A stretch of DNA of 64,000 nt from an uncultured Collinsella sp. GTDB taxonomy: Bacteria; Actinomycetota; Coriobacteriia; Coriobacteriales; Coriobacteriaceae. The notes below the pieces were generated by a model. It worked only from the letters and a program-made list of their open reading frames with translations, was not told the origin of the DNA and searched no databases. Shown in pieces: positions 17,772-27,060 of this stretch. Location: assembly GCA_900548515.1 (NCBI GenBank), contig URKU01000003.1, positions 2,951-66,950 on the forward strand. Reading direction: 5' to 3'. Numbering within the stretch: the first letter of the stretch is position 1; every line of letters begins with the position of its first letter. The translations under genes and the position numbers were made by a program.

Positions 17772-19550
17772 CTACTCCATGTAGCCACCCTGAATGGCGG
17801 AAACTGCATGCTCGGTAAAGAACTTGAGCGTGCCGGAGGTATAGCGATTAGCCTTGGGCTTCCAAGCGGCTCGGCGCTCGGCCAGGACGGCGTCGACCTC
17901 GGCCGGCTCCATCTCCTTGCCGGCGATGCCCACAATAGACAGCGAGCGCTCGGGGATGTTGATCTGGATAAGGTCGCCCTCCTCGATCAGGGCAATCGGG
18001 CCGCCCACGGCAGCCTCGGGCGAAACGTGACCGATAGCCGGGCCCTTGGAGGCGCCGGAGAAGCGGCCATCGGTGATAAGGGCAATGCTCGCACCCAGCT
18101 CGGGATCGCTGGCGATAGCCTCGGTGGTGTAGAACATCTCAGGCATACCGGAACCCTTGGGTCCCTCATAGCGAATGATAACGGCATCGCCGGGCTTGAC
18201 CTCGTGCGTCAGGACGGCGTGAATGGCGTCCTCCTCGCAGTCGAACGGACGGGCCTTGAGCGTAGCCTGGAACATCTCGCGCGGAACGACGGTGTGCTTG
18301 ACGACCGCGCCCTCGGGAGCAAGATTGCCGTGGAGGATGGCGATGGAACCGTCGGTGCCGAAGGCCTGGTCAAACGGACGGATGATGTCCTCGCGCTTGA
18401 GATTCCACTTCTCAAGGTAACGACCGCACTTCTCGTAGTAACCGTTGTTCTTAAGGTCCTCGAGGTTTTCGCCGAGGGTCTTGCCGGTGACGGTCATGAC
18501 ATCGAGGTGGAGCATCGACTTGATCTCCTCCATGATGCGCGGCACGCCACCTGCATAGTAGAAGAACTGCGCCGGCCACTCGCCTGCGGGGCGAACGTTG
18601 AGCAGGTAGTGGGCGCCACGGTGCAGGCGGTCGAAGTCGTCGGCGGACATCTCGATGCCAAACTCGCGGGCGATAGCAGGAATATGCAGCAGCGAGTTGG
18701 TGGAACCCGAAATGGCGCCGTGGACCATGATGAGGTTCTCGAAAGACTCCTTGGTCACGATGTCGCGGGGGCACAGGTTGTGCTCGGAGAGCCACACGGA
18801 CTGGCGGCCGGCCTCGCGCGCAAACTCACGCAGGTCGGAGCTGGTAGCGGGCAGCAGGGCCGTGCCGGGGAGCATAAGGCCCAGGGCCTCGGCGGTAACC
18901 TGCATGGTCGACGCGGTGCCCATAAACGAGCAGGCGCCGCAGCTGGGGCATGCGTTGTGCTTGGCAAACTCAAGCTCCTCGCGAGAGATCTCGCCGCGCT
19001 CGTAGCGGGCAGAAATCGCGCCGAGCTGCTCCAGGGTCAGCAGGTCGGGGCCTGCATCCATGACACCGCCGGTAACGACGATGGAGGGGATGTTGATGCG
19101 GCCCATGGCCATGAGGTTCGCAGGCAGGCCCTTATCGCAGCTGGCGACAAAGACGCCGGCGTCGAACGGGGTGGCCTTGGCATGGATCTCGATCATGTTG
19201 GCGATCATGTCGCGGCTGGGCAGCGAGTAGTTAATGCCGTCGTGGCCCTGGGCCTCGCCGTCGCAGATATCGGTGCAGAAGTAACGGGCACCGTGACCGC
19301 CAGCCTCGGCAACGCCAGCACGGACCTCCTCGACCAGCTCAAACAGGCCGGCAGAACCCGGGTGCGAGTCGCCGAACGTCGACTCGATAATGACCTGCGG
19401 CTTGTCCAGATCCTCGATGGACCAGCCAGAGCCCAGACGCAGCGGGTCCATCTCGGGGCTGATGGTGCGAAACTTGCCGGAACGCGGCTGCAGCTTGGCA
19501 ACCAGGTCGGCTGCCTCCTGCTGAATCTGTGCCTTGGTCTTCTCGTCCAT
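17772..19550 (-). CDS. IlvD/Edd-family dehydratase, probably a sugar-acid (gluconate-type) dehydratase
   Basis: DICDG, SCDK, GACSFMGTA, GPKGSGMPEM, TDGRFSG and HVSPEA motifs; co-transcribed with a GntP permease. Confidence 0.85.
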   Translation of the reverse strand: MDEKTKAQIQQEAADLVAKLQPRSGKFRTISPEMDPLRLGSGWSIEDLDKPQVIIESTFGDSHPGSAGLFELVEEVRAGVAEAGGHGARYFCTDICDGEAQGHDGINYSLPSRDMIANMIEIHAKATPFDAGVFVASCDKGLPANLMAMGRINIPSIVVTGGVMDAGPDLLTLEQLGAISARYERGEISREELEFAKHNACPSCGACSFMGTASTMQVTAEALGLMLPGTALLPATSSDLREFAREAGRQSVWLSEHNLCPRDIVTKESFENLIMVHGAISGSTNSLLHIPAIAREFGIEMSADDFDRLHRGAHYLLNVRPAGEWPAQFFYYAGGVPRIMEEIKSMLHLDVMTVTGKTLGENLEDLKNNGYYEKCGRYLEKWNLKREDIIRPFDQAFGTDGSIAILHGNLAPEGAVVKHTVVPREMFQATLKARPFDCEEDAIHAVLTHEVKPGDAVIIRYEGPKGSGMPEMFYTTEAIASDPELGASIALITDGRFSGASKGPAIGHVSPEAAVGGPIALIEEGDLIQINIPERSLSIVGIAGKEMEPAEVDAVLAERRAAWKPKANRYTSGTLKFFTEHAVSAIQGGYME

Positions 19551-19658
19551 GATGCTCTCCTCTTTTGATTTGAACAGTTGTACCAATCGTTGGTTAATGA
19601 ATCAGGTGTAAATGGGTACCGAGCGATGCACTCGGCAAAAGATGCTTAGCTACGCGAA

Positions 19659-21020
19659 CTAGGCGAAGAACGAAATCACCAGGGCGCAGGCAAGACCCGA
19701 AAGGCCGATGAGCGTCTCCATAATGGTCCAGGACTTGAGGGTGGTCTTCTCGTCAATCTCCAGGAACGAGGAGCACATCCAAAAACCGGCATCGTTGACG
19801 TGCGAGAGGGCCGTGGCACCGCCGCAGATAGCAAGACAGATAGCGGCACGCATGAGCACTGAGGCTCCGGCAACCGCGGGCATGGCGGCCATAATGCCCG
19901 ATGCCATGGTCATAGCGACGATGGAGCTGCCGACAGAGGCACGCACCATGACGGCAATCAAAAAGGCAACGACCACCAAAGGCAGCGGTGAAGCCTCGAG
20001 CATAGGGCCGATAACCTGCCCCAAGCCGCAGTCCTGCAGCATCCAGCGAATGACGCCGCCACAGGCGATAACCAGCAAGATCATGCCGACGGGCTTAAGA
20101 GAGCGGTCGAGCAAGGCCTTGAGCTCGGCGCCGGAGTAGCCGCGGCGCGCGCCCAGCAGATACATCGCGACGAGCGTGGCGAGCGTCAAAGCGACGAACG
20201 GCTTGCCCAGGAAGGCGAGAATCGAGGCGAGCTCGGCGGGCATGGGGATATAAGAAGACAGCGTGCCCAGCAAAATCAGACAAAGCGGCGTGAGCACGAT
20301 GGCAAGCACCATGCCAAAGGAGGGAAGCTCCTTTTCGTCGCTCGCGCCCTCGGCAGAGGTAAAGTGCTCCGGAACATCGGTAAAGATGCGACCGCCCACG
20401 TTGCGGCCCCAGATGACGCCGGCGATCGCCATGGCGATGAAGGCGGTAGGGATACCGACAAGAATCATGGTGCCCAGGTCGACACCGAGCGTGCCGGCGA
20501 CCAAAACCGAACCGGCCGAAGGCGGCACAAACGCATAGCCAGCGGCCAGTCCCGCGAGCAGCGCGATGCCGTAGTAGAGCGTCGACTTCTTGGTCTGGGA
20601 TGCCACACTAAACGCAAGTGGGATCAAAACGACCACGCCGGCCTCAAAGAACACCGTAGTGCCGATAACCAGACCGGTAATGCCCAGCGCCCAGCTGGAA
20701 TGACCCTGCCCAAAGGTATCGATGAAGGTCTGGGCGATCTTCTTGGCGCCGCCGCTCTCCTCAAGAATCTGGCCAAACATCGAGCCGAGGCCAATGAGCA
20801 GGGCGATGTTTTGCAGCGTGGTTCCCACGCCCTTGGTGACAGTGTCCGCCACCAGGTCGAGCGGCATACCGGCGCCGATGCCGATCGCGAGCGCCGAGAC
20901 CATCATCGAAAGCACAGGATGCAGCTTGAACTTAATGATGAGCGCAAGCAGCAGCGCGATGCCCACGATAGCGGCGATGACCAGCCTGGTGGGGTCGGCC
21001 ATAAACGTTGGGTCTGACAT
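19659..21020 (-). CDS. GntP-family sugar-acid permease
   Basis: LEESGGA, FFEAG and SHVNDAGFW motifs; hydrophobic. Confidence 0.9.
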   Translation of the reverse strand: MSDPTFMADPTRLVIAAIVGIALLLALIIKFKLHPVLSMMVSALAIGIGAGMPLDLVADTVTKGVGTTLQNIALLIGLGSMFGQILEESGGAKKIAQTFIDTFGQGHSSWALGITGLVIGTTVFFEAGVVVLIPLAFSVASQTKKSTLYYGIALLAGLAAGYAFVPPSAGSVLVAGTLGVDLGTMILVGIPTAFIAMAIAGVIWGRNVGGRIFTDVPEHFTSAEGASDEKELPSFGMVLAIVLTPLCLILLGTLSSYIPMPAELASILAFLGKPFVALTLATLVAMYLLGARRGYSGAELKALLDRSLKPVGMILLVIACGGVIRWMLQDCGLGQVIGPMLEASPLPLVVVAFLIAVMVRASVGSSIVAMTMASGIMAAMPAVAGASVLMRAAICLAICGGATALSHVNDAGFWMCSSFLEIDEKTTLKSWTIMETLIGLSGLACALVISFFA

Positions 21021-21032
21021 CTTTCCTCCAAT

Positions 21033-21125
21033 TCATCAGACCTTTTGAATTCGTCTGATGACTATAGCGTGTTTTGGAAAGGTCTGATGTTTTATTTTGA
21101 AATTTGTTCGAAATACATCTGATGT
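21033..21125. promoter_or_regulatory. Candidate FadR/GntR operator half-sites (TCTGATG/CATCAGA)
   Basis: catcagac (21034), gtctgatg (21053, 21082) and acatctgatgt (21115) between the divergent permease and regulator genes. Confidence 0.55.
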
Positions 21126-21254
21126 ATTTGCTGAACGATCTGTTTTTGACGGTAAACGGCCACTTACAGTTCTCCATTGTCGGAGCGAACCACCGCGGCT
21201 TCTGTTAAATGAGCTAGAATAGCTCTGATGAATTCTTTTGATATGAGGTGAAGC

Positions 21255-21947
21255 GTGGCACGAGCCGATTCGGGACTCCCCGAGCAGATTTCGGAGAAAA
21301 TTATTCAACTGATCCTGGATGAGCATCTTGAGCAAGGTGACCGCCTGCCCAAGGAGGCTGTGCTCGTCGAGCGCCTGGGTGCTGGCAGGAGCACCGTACG
21401 CGAGGCTATAAAGCTGCTGCAGTCGCGCAACATCGTGCGCATTAAACAGGGCTCGGGCACCTATGTGGCATCAAACCCCGGCGTTGCCGACGATCCGCTG
21501 GGCTTTACCTTTATCGATGACAAGAGGCGCCTGGCACGCGACCTGCTCGAAGTGCGCTTTATGATCGAGCCGCAGATGGCCAGCATGGCCGCAGAGCACG
21601 CGACCGACGATCAAATCATCTGCATTAAAGAGCTTTGCGATGAGTCCGAGCACTTGGCCGCGCGGGACGAAGACTATTCTGCCGCCGACACCGCGTTTCA
21701 CATCGCAATTGCCGAAAGCTGCGGCAACCTCGTCGTTCCCCGCCTAATGGGCGTGCTCAAGGCGCCTGTCCCCCTGTTTATTGACGTGACCGGCAAAAAG
21801 CTGGTTGAGGAAACCATCCGCACCCACCGTGGCGTGGCCGACGCCATCGCCGCGCGCAATCCCACCGCAGCGCACGACGCGATGTACCTGCATCTGGTGT
21901 ACAACCGCAACATGATCGCAGAGGGAGCGCAGGAACAGAGCAAATAG
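21255..21947 (+). CDS. FadR/GntR-family regulator
   Basis: GDRLPKE..GAGRSTVREA..GSGTYV HTH and FCD domain. Confidence 0.92.
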   Translation: MARADSGLPEQISEKIIQLILDEHLEQGDRLPKEAVLVERLGAGRSTVREAIKLLQSRNIVRIKQGSGTYVASNPGVADDPLGFTFIDDKRRLARDLLEVRFMIEPQMASMAAEHATDDQIICIKELCDESEHLAARDEDYSAADTAFHIAIAESCGNLVVPRLMGVLKAPVPLFIDVTGKKLVEETIRTHRGVADAIAARNPTAAHDAMYLHLVYNRNMIAEGAQEQSK

Positions 21948-21990
21948 ACGTCCGCACGGCAAGGGCGAGACTACCGTTCGCCTTTTAAAA

Positions 21991-22002
21991 GTGAACGTTC
22001 AC
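21991..22002. promoter_or_regulatory. Operator GTGAACGTTCAC
   Basis: Perfect palindrome upstream of a TATACT -10 and the SDR gene. Confidence 0.7.
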
Positions 22003-22107
22003 CTGATTTTAGGGAATAAGGGGCGTCAATTCCTCCGCTTCTCCTATACTGAGCTTGTATTAAAAGCAAGACTTATATAGATGAACGTTTCTTTTGAAAG
22101 GATCGCT

Positions 22108-22917
22108 ATGTCTGATCTTATGGACAGCTTCCGCCTGGATGGCAAGGTCGCACTCGTGACCGGCGCCACCTACGGCATTGGCATGGCCATTGCCGAGGCG
22201 CTCGGCGAGGCCGGCGCCAAGATCGCCTTTAACGCCCGCCACGCCGACAAGGTCGCCGAGGCCGAGAAGCACTACCGCGAGCTGGGCTTTGAGGCTCACG
22301 GCTACGTGGCCGATGTCACTGACGAGGCCGTCGTCGCCGAGCTCGTCGCCAAGATCGAGGCCGATTTTGGCACCACGCCCGACATCCTGGTCAACAATGC
22401 AGGTGTTATCCAGCGCACCCCCATGCTCGACATGAGCGCCGAGGACTTCCGCCGTGTCGTCGACATCGACCTCAATGCGCCGTTTATCGTGTCCAAGGCC
22501 TGCCTGCCCGGTATGATCGCCAAAGGCCACGGCAAGATCATCAACATCTGCTCCATGATGAGCGAGCTCGGCCGCGAGACCATCGCCGGCTATGCCGCCG
22601 CCAAGGGCGGACTCAAGATGCTCACCAAGAACATCTGCTCTGAGTTTGGCGAGGCCAATATCCAGTGCAACGGCATTGGGCCCGGCTACATCGCCACCCC
22701 GCAGACCGCACCGCTGCGCGAGACGCAGCCCGATGGCAGCCGTCACCCGTTTGACCAGTTCATCATTGCCAAGACGCCGGCCGCCCGTTGGGGCACGCCC
22801 GAGGACCTGAAGGGCCCCGCCGTGTTCCTGGCTTCCGACGCATCGAACTTCGTCAACGGGCACATTCTGTACGTCGACGGCGGCATCCTCGCCTACATCG
22901 GCAAGCAGCCGCAATAA
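22108..22917 (+). CDS. SDR oxidoreductase, gluconate 5-dehydrogenase / DhuD-KduD-like 2-keto-3-deoxygluconate dehydrogenase
   Basis: TGATYGIG, NNAG, YAAAK and GIGPGYIATPQT motifs. Confidence 0.88.
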   Translation: MSDLMDSFRLDGKVALVTGATYGIGMAIAEALGEAGAKIAFNARHADKVAEAEKHYRELGFEAHGYVADVTDEAVVAELVAKIEADFGTTPDILVNNAGVIQRTPMLDMSAEDFRRVVDIDLNAPFIVSKACLPGMIAKGHGKIINICSMMSELGRETIAGYAAAKGGLKMLTKNICSEFGEANIQCNGIGPGYIATPQTAPLRETQPDGSRHPFDQFIIAKTPAARWGTPEDLKGPAVFLASDASNFVNGHILYVDGGILAYIGKQPQ

Positions 22918-22930
22918 GGAAACTGGGCGA

Positions 22931-23040
22931 GGCGGTCGGCAGTTAAGTCTGCTGCTCGGACAGTCCTGCGCAAGACGGAAAGCACATTAAGTGCTTTCCT
23001 TTGCGTGCGGAACTCGCGACAGACTTAACTACCGACCGCC
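22931..23040. repeat. 110-bp nested hairpin between the SDR and isomerase genes
   Basis: 21-bp outer arms with one mismatch; inner ggaaagcac/gtgctttcc stem. Confidence 0.7.
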
Positions 23041-23123
23041 CGCACAGCTCATCGCGGGTCGGTTTTGCCGCCGCCCGCATGCAGAAACAAAAAAAGAAAC
23101 ATTTGGTTGAAAGGTTAACTCCC

Positions 23124-23765
23124 ATGAAAATCGCTCTCATCAACGAGAACTCCCAGAACTCCAAGAACCCCATGATCGAGGCTGCCCTTAAGAAGGTCGT
23201 CGAGCCCATGGGCCACACCGTCTTTAACTACGGTATGTATGCCGATGCCGACTCCAAGCCGCTCACCTACGTTCAGAACGGCATCCTTGCCGCCGTGCTG
23301 CTCAACTCCGGCGCTGCCGACTATGTCGTGACCGGCTGCGGCACCGGCGAGGGCGCCATGCTCGCCTGCAACTCCTTCCCCGGTGTGCTCTGCGGCCATG
23401 TCGCCGACCCGCTGGATGCCTACACCTTCGCCCAGGTCAACGACGGTAACGCCGTCGCCATGCCCTTCGCCCTCAAGAACGGCTGGGGCCAGGAGCTCAA
23501 CCTCGAGTACACCTTCGAGAAGCTCTTTGGCTTCGGTTCCGGCAACGGCTATCCTGCCGAGCGTGTTGAGCCCGAGCAGCGCAACAAGAAGATCCTCGAC
23601 GGCGTCCGCGCTGTGACCATGCGTCCGCTCGTCGACGTCCTGGGCGAGATCGACCAGGATCTGGTCAAGGGCGCCCTGGCTGGCGAGCACTTCCAGGAGT
23701 ACTTCTTCGCCAACGCCACCGACGAGGCAATCATCGCCAAGGTCAAGGAGCTCCTGGGGCTCTAA
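23124..23765 (+). CDS. RpiB/LacAB-fold isomerase, DhuI-like (4-deoxy-L-threo-5-hexosulose-uronate ketol-isomerase)
   Basis: MKIALINENSQ, TGCGTGEGA and GWG.ELNL; paired with the DhuD-like SDR. Confidence 0.75.
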   Translation: MKIALINENSQNSKNPMIEAALKKVVEPMGHTVFNYGMYADADSKPLTYVQNGILAAVLLNSGAADYVVTGCGTGEGAMLACNSFPGVLCGHVADPLDAYTFAQVNDGNAVAMPFALKNGWGQELNLEYTFEKLFGFGSGNGYPAERVEPEQRNKKILDGVRAVTMRPLVDVLGEIDQDLVKGALAGEHFQEYFFANATDEAIIAKVKELLGL

Positions 23766-23790
23766 TCGCACGACCCATCGCAGCGAACGC

Positions 23791-23830
23791 AAGCGGCGGC
23801 CGCCCCAACACGGGACGGCCGCCGCTTTTT
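23791..23830 (+). terminator. Intrinsic terminator
   Basis: aagcggcggccg/cggccgccgctt stem followed by a U-tract. Confidence 0.8.
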
Positions 23831-23839
23831 GCTATCAAA

Positions 23840-23870
23840 TGGTGCAATGGGGTCAGGTTATCTCACACCA
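23840..23870. repeat. 31-bp REP-like unit TGGTGCA..GGGGTCAGGTT..CACCA
   Basis: Related units at 24789-24819 and (inverted) 24823-24853. Confidence 0.7.
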
Positions 23871-23892
23871 TGTTGGCTCAAAGAGAGCAAGA

Positions 23893-24258
23893 TTAGGATT
23901 CCTCGATAATCTGTCGGCATGCCGCTGCAAGAGCGGGAAACTCTGATGTCACCGCGTCCCAAACCACGGCGCGATCGACGTTGCCGTAATCATGGGCAAG
24001 ATAGTTACGCATCCCCACTATACCGCGCCACTCAATCTCGGGATGTAGTCGCTGCGCCTTCTCGGACAGCTTACCCGCCTCCTCCGTCACCCTGAGGGCA
24101 CACATAAGGAGAGAATCGGCGAGTGTCCTGGCCTTGATGTCATCCGCATGGAGGAACTCGTCTTCCGTCACACCGAACGCTTTGATTCTCTCGGTCGTCT
24201 CATCAATCGCCTCGAGAATCTCCTGGGCGCGCAACGCATCTGATTTACGGGCGAACAT
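23893..24258 (-). CDS. HEPN (DUF86/HepT-like) ribonuclease toxin
   Basis: RX4HXY motif RNYLAHDY and HPEIEW; overlaps the antitoxin stop. Confidence 0.85.
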   Translation of the reverse strand: MFARKSDALRAQEILEAIDETTERIKAFGVTEDEFLHADDIKARTLADSLLMCALRVTEEAGKLSEKAQRLHPEIEWRGIVGMRNYLAHDYGNVDRAVVWDAVTSEFPALAAACRQIIEES

Positions 24259-24733
24259 ACAGCACCACACCCTCCCTCTCGATGGCATGCGCAATGTCTT
24301 CTCGCAAGTGTTCGCTCGAAACGACGTCGACCTGCTTGCCTGTTGCCTCTTTGATCTCCTCCGCGAACGAGGAAAGAGCGAATAACCCAAATGTCGCATC
24401 GGAATCGACCTCTATACGCAGGTCGATATCGCTATCGGTATTTGCGTCACGTCGAGCATACGAGCCGAACAACGTGACCGACCGAATCGCCTTTCGAGTA
24501 CCCGCCGCGCGAGCAACGGCATCCCTGATTTCAGCAACGGTCAAAACGTCGGTCTTCGCCTCGTCCCGTTTGACTGAAAGAGAAGGGGTAAATGGAAGCG
24601 ACCGCTCCCGCAGCATCTGACGCATGAACATGTTGACCGCCACGGAAGACGTCATGCCGAGCTCCTCGCAGAGCTCGGCAAACGATTCCTTAATTGATGC
24701 ATCAACACGGACGCTCAAAACTGAAGCACTCAT
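24245..24733 (-). CDS. RelB/DinJ ribbon-helix-helix domain fused to an MNT nucleotidyltransferase antitoxin
   Basis: N-terminal SVRVD..LGMTSSVAVNMF..LPF; C-terminal FGSYARRDANTDSDID (GSX10DXD). Confidence 0.85.
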   Translation of the reverse strand: MSASVLSVRVDASIKESFAELCEELGMTSSVAVNMFMRQMLRERSLPFTPSLSVKRDEAKTDVLTVAEIRDAVARAAGTRKAIRSVTLFGSYARRDANTDSDIDLRIEVDSDATFGLFALSSFAEEIKEATGKQVDVVSSEHLREDIAHAIEREGVVLYVRP

Positions 24734-24788
24734 CTTAGCCTCCTGTATGACAGTAGCTATACAATATCATACAGAGAAGCAAGATGAC

Positions 24789-24853
24789 TGGTGCAAAGGG
24801 GTCAGGTTTGTATGCACCAGATTGGTGCAAAGTAACCTGACCCCCATGCACCA
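24789..24853. repeat. Inverted pair of 31-bp REP-like units
   Basis: tggtgcaaaggggtcaggtttgtatgcacca-gat-tggtgcaaagtaacctgacccccatgcacca. Confidence 0.75.
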
Positions 24854-24862
24854 AGGGGTTGA

Positions 24863-26812
24863 CTAGAGAGCGCAGGCAACCTTATAGCCGTCGCCGATGG
24901 CGTCGCGGATGTTGCCGCACTTGTTGGCGTCGCCCAGAACGTGGGTGGTAACGCCAGCAGCTGCCAGGTCGTCGGCAAGCTTAGTGTTGGGACGGTAGCC
25001 CATCGCCAGCACCAGCGTATCGGCACCGGTGATAGTGTGGACCTCGCCGTCCTTCTCGTAGCTGATAGTATCCTCGGTGATCTCGGTCACCTTGGCCTCG
25101 GTCAGCACGTGGACGCCCTTGGAGAGCATGCGCGTGATGAGCACCGCGCGGCCGGCGCCGCCCTCGTTGGCGGCGAGCGTCTTGGTCATCTCGATGACGG
25201 TGACGTCGCGGTTGGCCGGCGACAGGTCGTTGACCAGCGGAGCCAGATAGTCGGCCGTCTCGCAGCCGACGGTGCCGCCGCCCACGATGACGATCTTCTT
25301 GCCCGGGAAGGCATTGCCGCCCAGCAGGTCGTCAGCCGTCATGACCTGTTTAAAGCCCTGCATAAAGGCAGGAGCGATAGGCTCGGCGCCATAGGCCAGA
25401 ACAACCTCGTACCCGGCGTAGTCGCGTTGGATGTCCTCGGCCGAAAGCTCGGTACCAAAGACGCACTTCACGCCGGCCTCGGCCAGACGGCGATACTGGT
25501 ACTTGATCACGCGGGTGAGCTCCTGCTTTGCCGGCGGGACGGCTGCAATGCGCATCTCGCCACCCGGCTCGTCCTGCTTATCCACGAGCACCACGTTGTG
25601 ACCGCGCTTAGCGGCAATGAACGCCGCCTCCATGCCGGCGGGACCGGCGCCCACAACGAGCACGTTCTTGGCCTCGGCGGCGGGCTCGTAGCCAGCCTCG
25701 TCACGCTCGACATCGGGGTTAACGGTGCAGGAGATACGCTTGCCAAACATGATGCCGTTCAGGCAGCGCAGGCAGCCGATGCAGGGGCGAATCTCGTCGG
25801 CGTTGCCGGCAGCCGCCTTGTTGCAGAACTCGGCATCGCACAGGTTGGCGCGGCCCATCATGCAGATGTCGGCGACGCCGTCCTCGATCAGCTCCTCGGC
25901 AATCCATGCCTCGTTGATGCGGCCGACCGTGGCGACGGGAATGTTGACGTGCTTTTTAATCTCACGCGAGCAGGCGGCGTGCGAGGCCTGCTGCGTGCCG
26001 GCAGCGGGAATCGCGGAGCCGCGCTTGATGGTGGTGCCGCCCGACACGTGGATCATGTCGACGCCGGCCTTCTCCAAGCGACGCGAGACATAAATCATGT
26101 CGTTGAGGGTCAGACTGCCATCGGTGTACTCGTCGCCCGAGATGCGGACGTCGATGATGAAGTCCTTGCCGCAGCGCTCGCGAATCTCGGCGATGACCTC
26201 GAGCAAGAAGCGCATACGGGCGTCGAGCGAGCCGCCATACTCGTCGGTACGCTTGTTGTAGAGCGGAGTCAAAAAGCCGCCGAGCATGCCGTGGGCGTGT
26301 GCCGCATGGACCTCGACGCCATCGACGCCAGCCTTCTGCATACGCACGGCAGCGTCGCCAAACTGATGCGTGAGCTCGTGAATCTCGTCGACCGTGATGG
26401 GGCGCGGTGCCTCGCGGGCGTAAGACGGGCCCACAAAGGACGGAGCGATCAGGCGCGGCGTGCCCGGAATGTTAAAGGCCATGTAGGCGGGGTGGAAGAG
26501 CTGCGGCATGATCTTGCAGCCATACTCGTGGACGGCCGCGGCGAGCTTTTCCCAGCCGGGGATAAACGTGTCGTCGTAGCAGCACATGTCACCCGGTAGA
26601 TAGGTATAGGTGGGCTCGACCGTCACGACCTCGGTGATGATGAGGCCCACGCCGCCCTTGGCGCGGGCACGGTAATGATCGACCAAGTCATCGGTCACAT
26701 AGCCGTGATCGGCCAGGTTGGTGGACACCGGCGGCATAAAGACGCGGTTCTTGACCTCGGTTGTACCGACCTTGATCGGGCTAAAGAGCATCGGATAGGC
26801 GGAAGACTCCAT
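24863..26812 (-). CDS. NADH:flavin oxidoreductase (OYE/FadH/Bai-like Fe-S flavoenzyme)
   Basis: NKRTDEYGGS, CIGCLRC..C Fe-S motif, GAGPAG and GGGTVG nucleotide-binding motifs. Confidence 0.9.
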   Translation of the reverse strand: MESSAYPMLFSPIKVGTTEVKNRVFMPPVSTNLADHGYVTDDLVDHYRARAKGGVGLIITEVVTVEPTYTYLPGDMCCYDDTFIPGWEKLAAAVHEYGCKIMPQLFHPAYMAFNIPGTPRLIAPSFVGPSYAREAPRPITVDEIHELTHQFGDAAVRMQKAGVDGVEVHAAHAHGMLGGFLTPLYNKRTDEYGGSLDARMRFLLEVIAEIRERCGKDFIIDVRISGDEYTDGSLTLNDMIYVSRRLEKAGVDMIHVSGGTTIKRGSAIPAAGTQQASHAACSREIKKHVNIPVATVGRINEAWIAEELIEDGVADICMMGRANLCDAEFCNKAAAGNADEIRPCIGCLRCLNGIMFGKRISCTVNPDVERDEAGYEPAAEAKNVLVVGAGPAGMEAAFIAAKRGHNVVLVDKQDEPGGEMRIAAVPPAKQELTRVIKYQYRRLAEAGVKCVFGTELSAEDIQRDYAGYEVVLAYGAEPIAPAFMQGFKQVMTADDLLGGNAFPGKKIVIVGGGTVGCETADYLAPLVNDLSPANRDVTVIEMTKTLAANEGGAGRAVLITRMLSKGVHVLTEAKVTEITEDTISYEKDGEVHTITGADTLVLAMGYRPNTKLADDLAAAGVTTHVLGDANKCGNIRDAIGDGYKVACAL

Positions 26813-26930
26813 ACAGGGTTCCTTTCGTTTAAGCCGCTCGGCGGCAGTTGCTAACACACCTATCGTATCAGCAACCGCCGCATTCGCACTCGCTCGCACT
26901 CTCCACCTTCAATCCCGACCCTCACAAAAA

Positions 26931-26997
26931 AGTTGCGGTGGAATACGGAGTAGATAAGGCCTTTGACAGCCAAAACAGTCCGTATTCCACTGCAACT
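26931..26997. repeat. 67-bp palindromic element, copy 3 (left border of the kdp block)
   Basis: Differs from copy 4 at 2 of 67 positions. Confidence 0.9.
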
Positions 26998-27060
26998 GAT
27001 GGGCGGGGTGGAATTAAGGGCTCAGGTAGTCAGTCATGCCCTCATCCGCCACTCCCTCAC

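Noticed and set aside
17772..19550. Biosynthetic ilvD symbol
   Set aside because: Genomic context points to sugar-acid catabolism, so the symbol is withheld
24863..26812. Bilirubin reductase BilR or BaiCD/BaiH assignment
   Set aside because: The HGDR motif I associate with BilR is absent and there is no bai operon context; specificity cannot be assigned by eye
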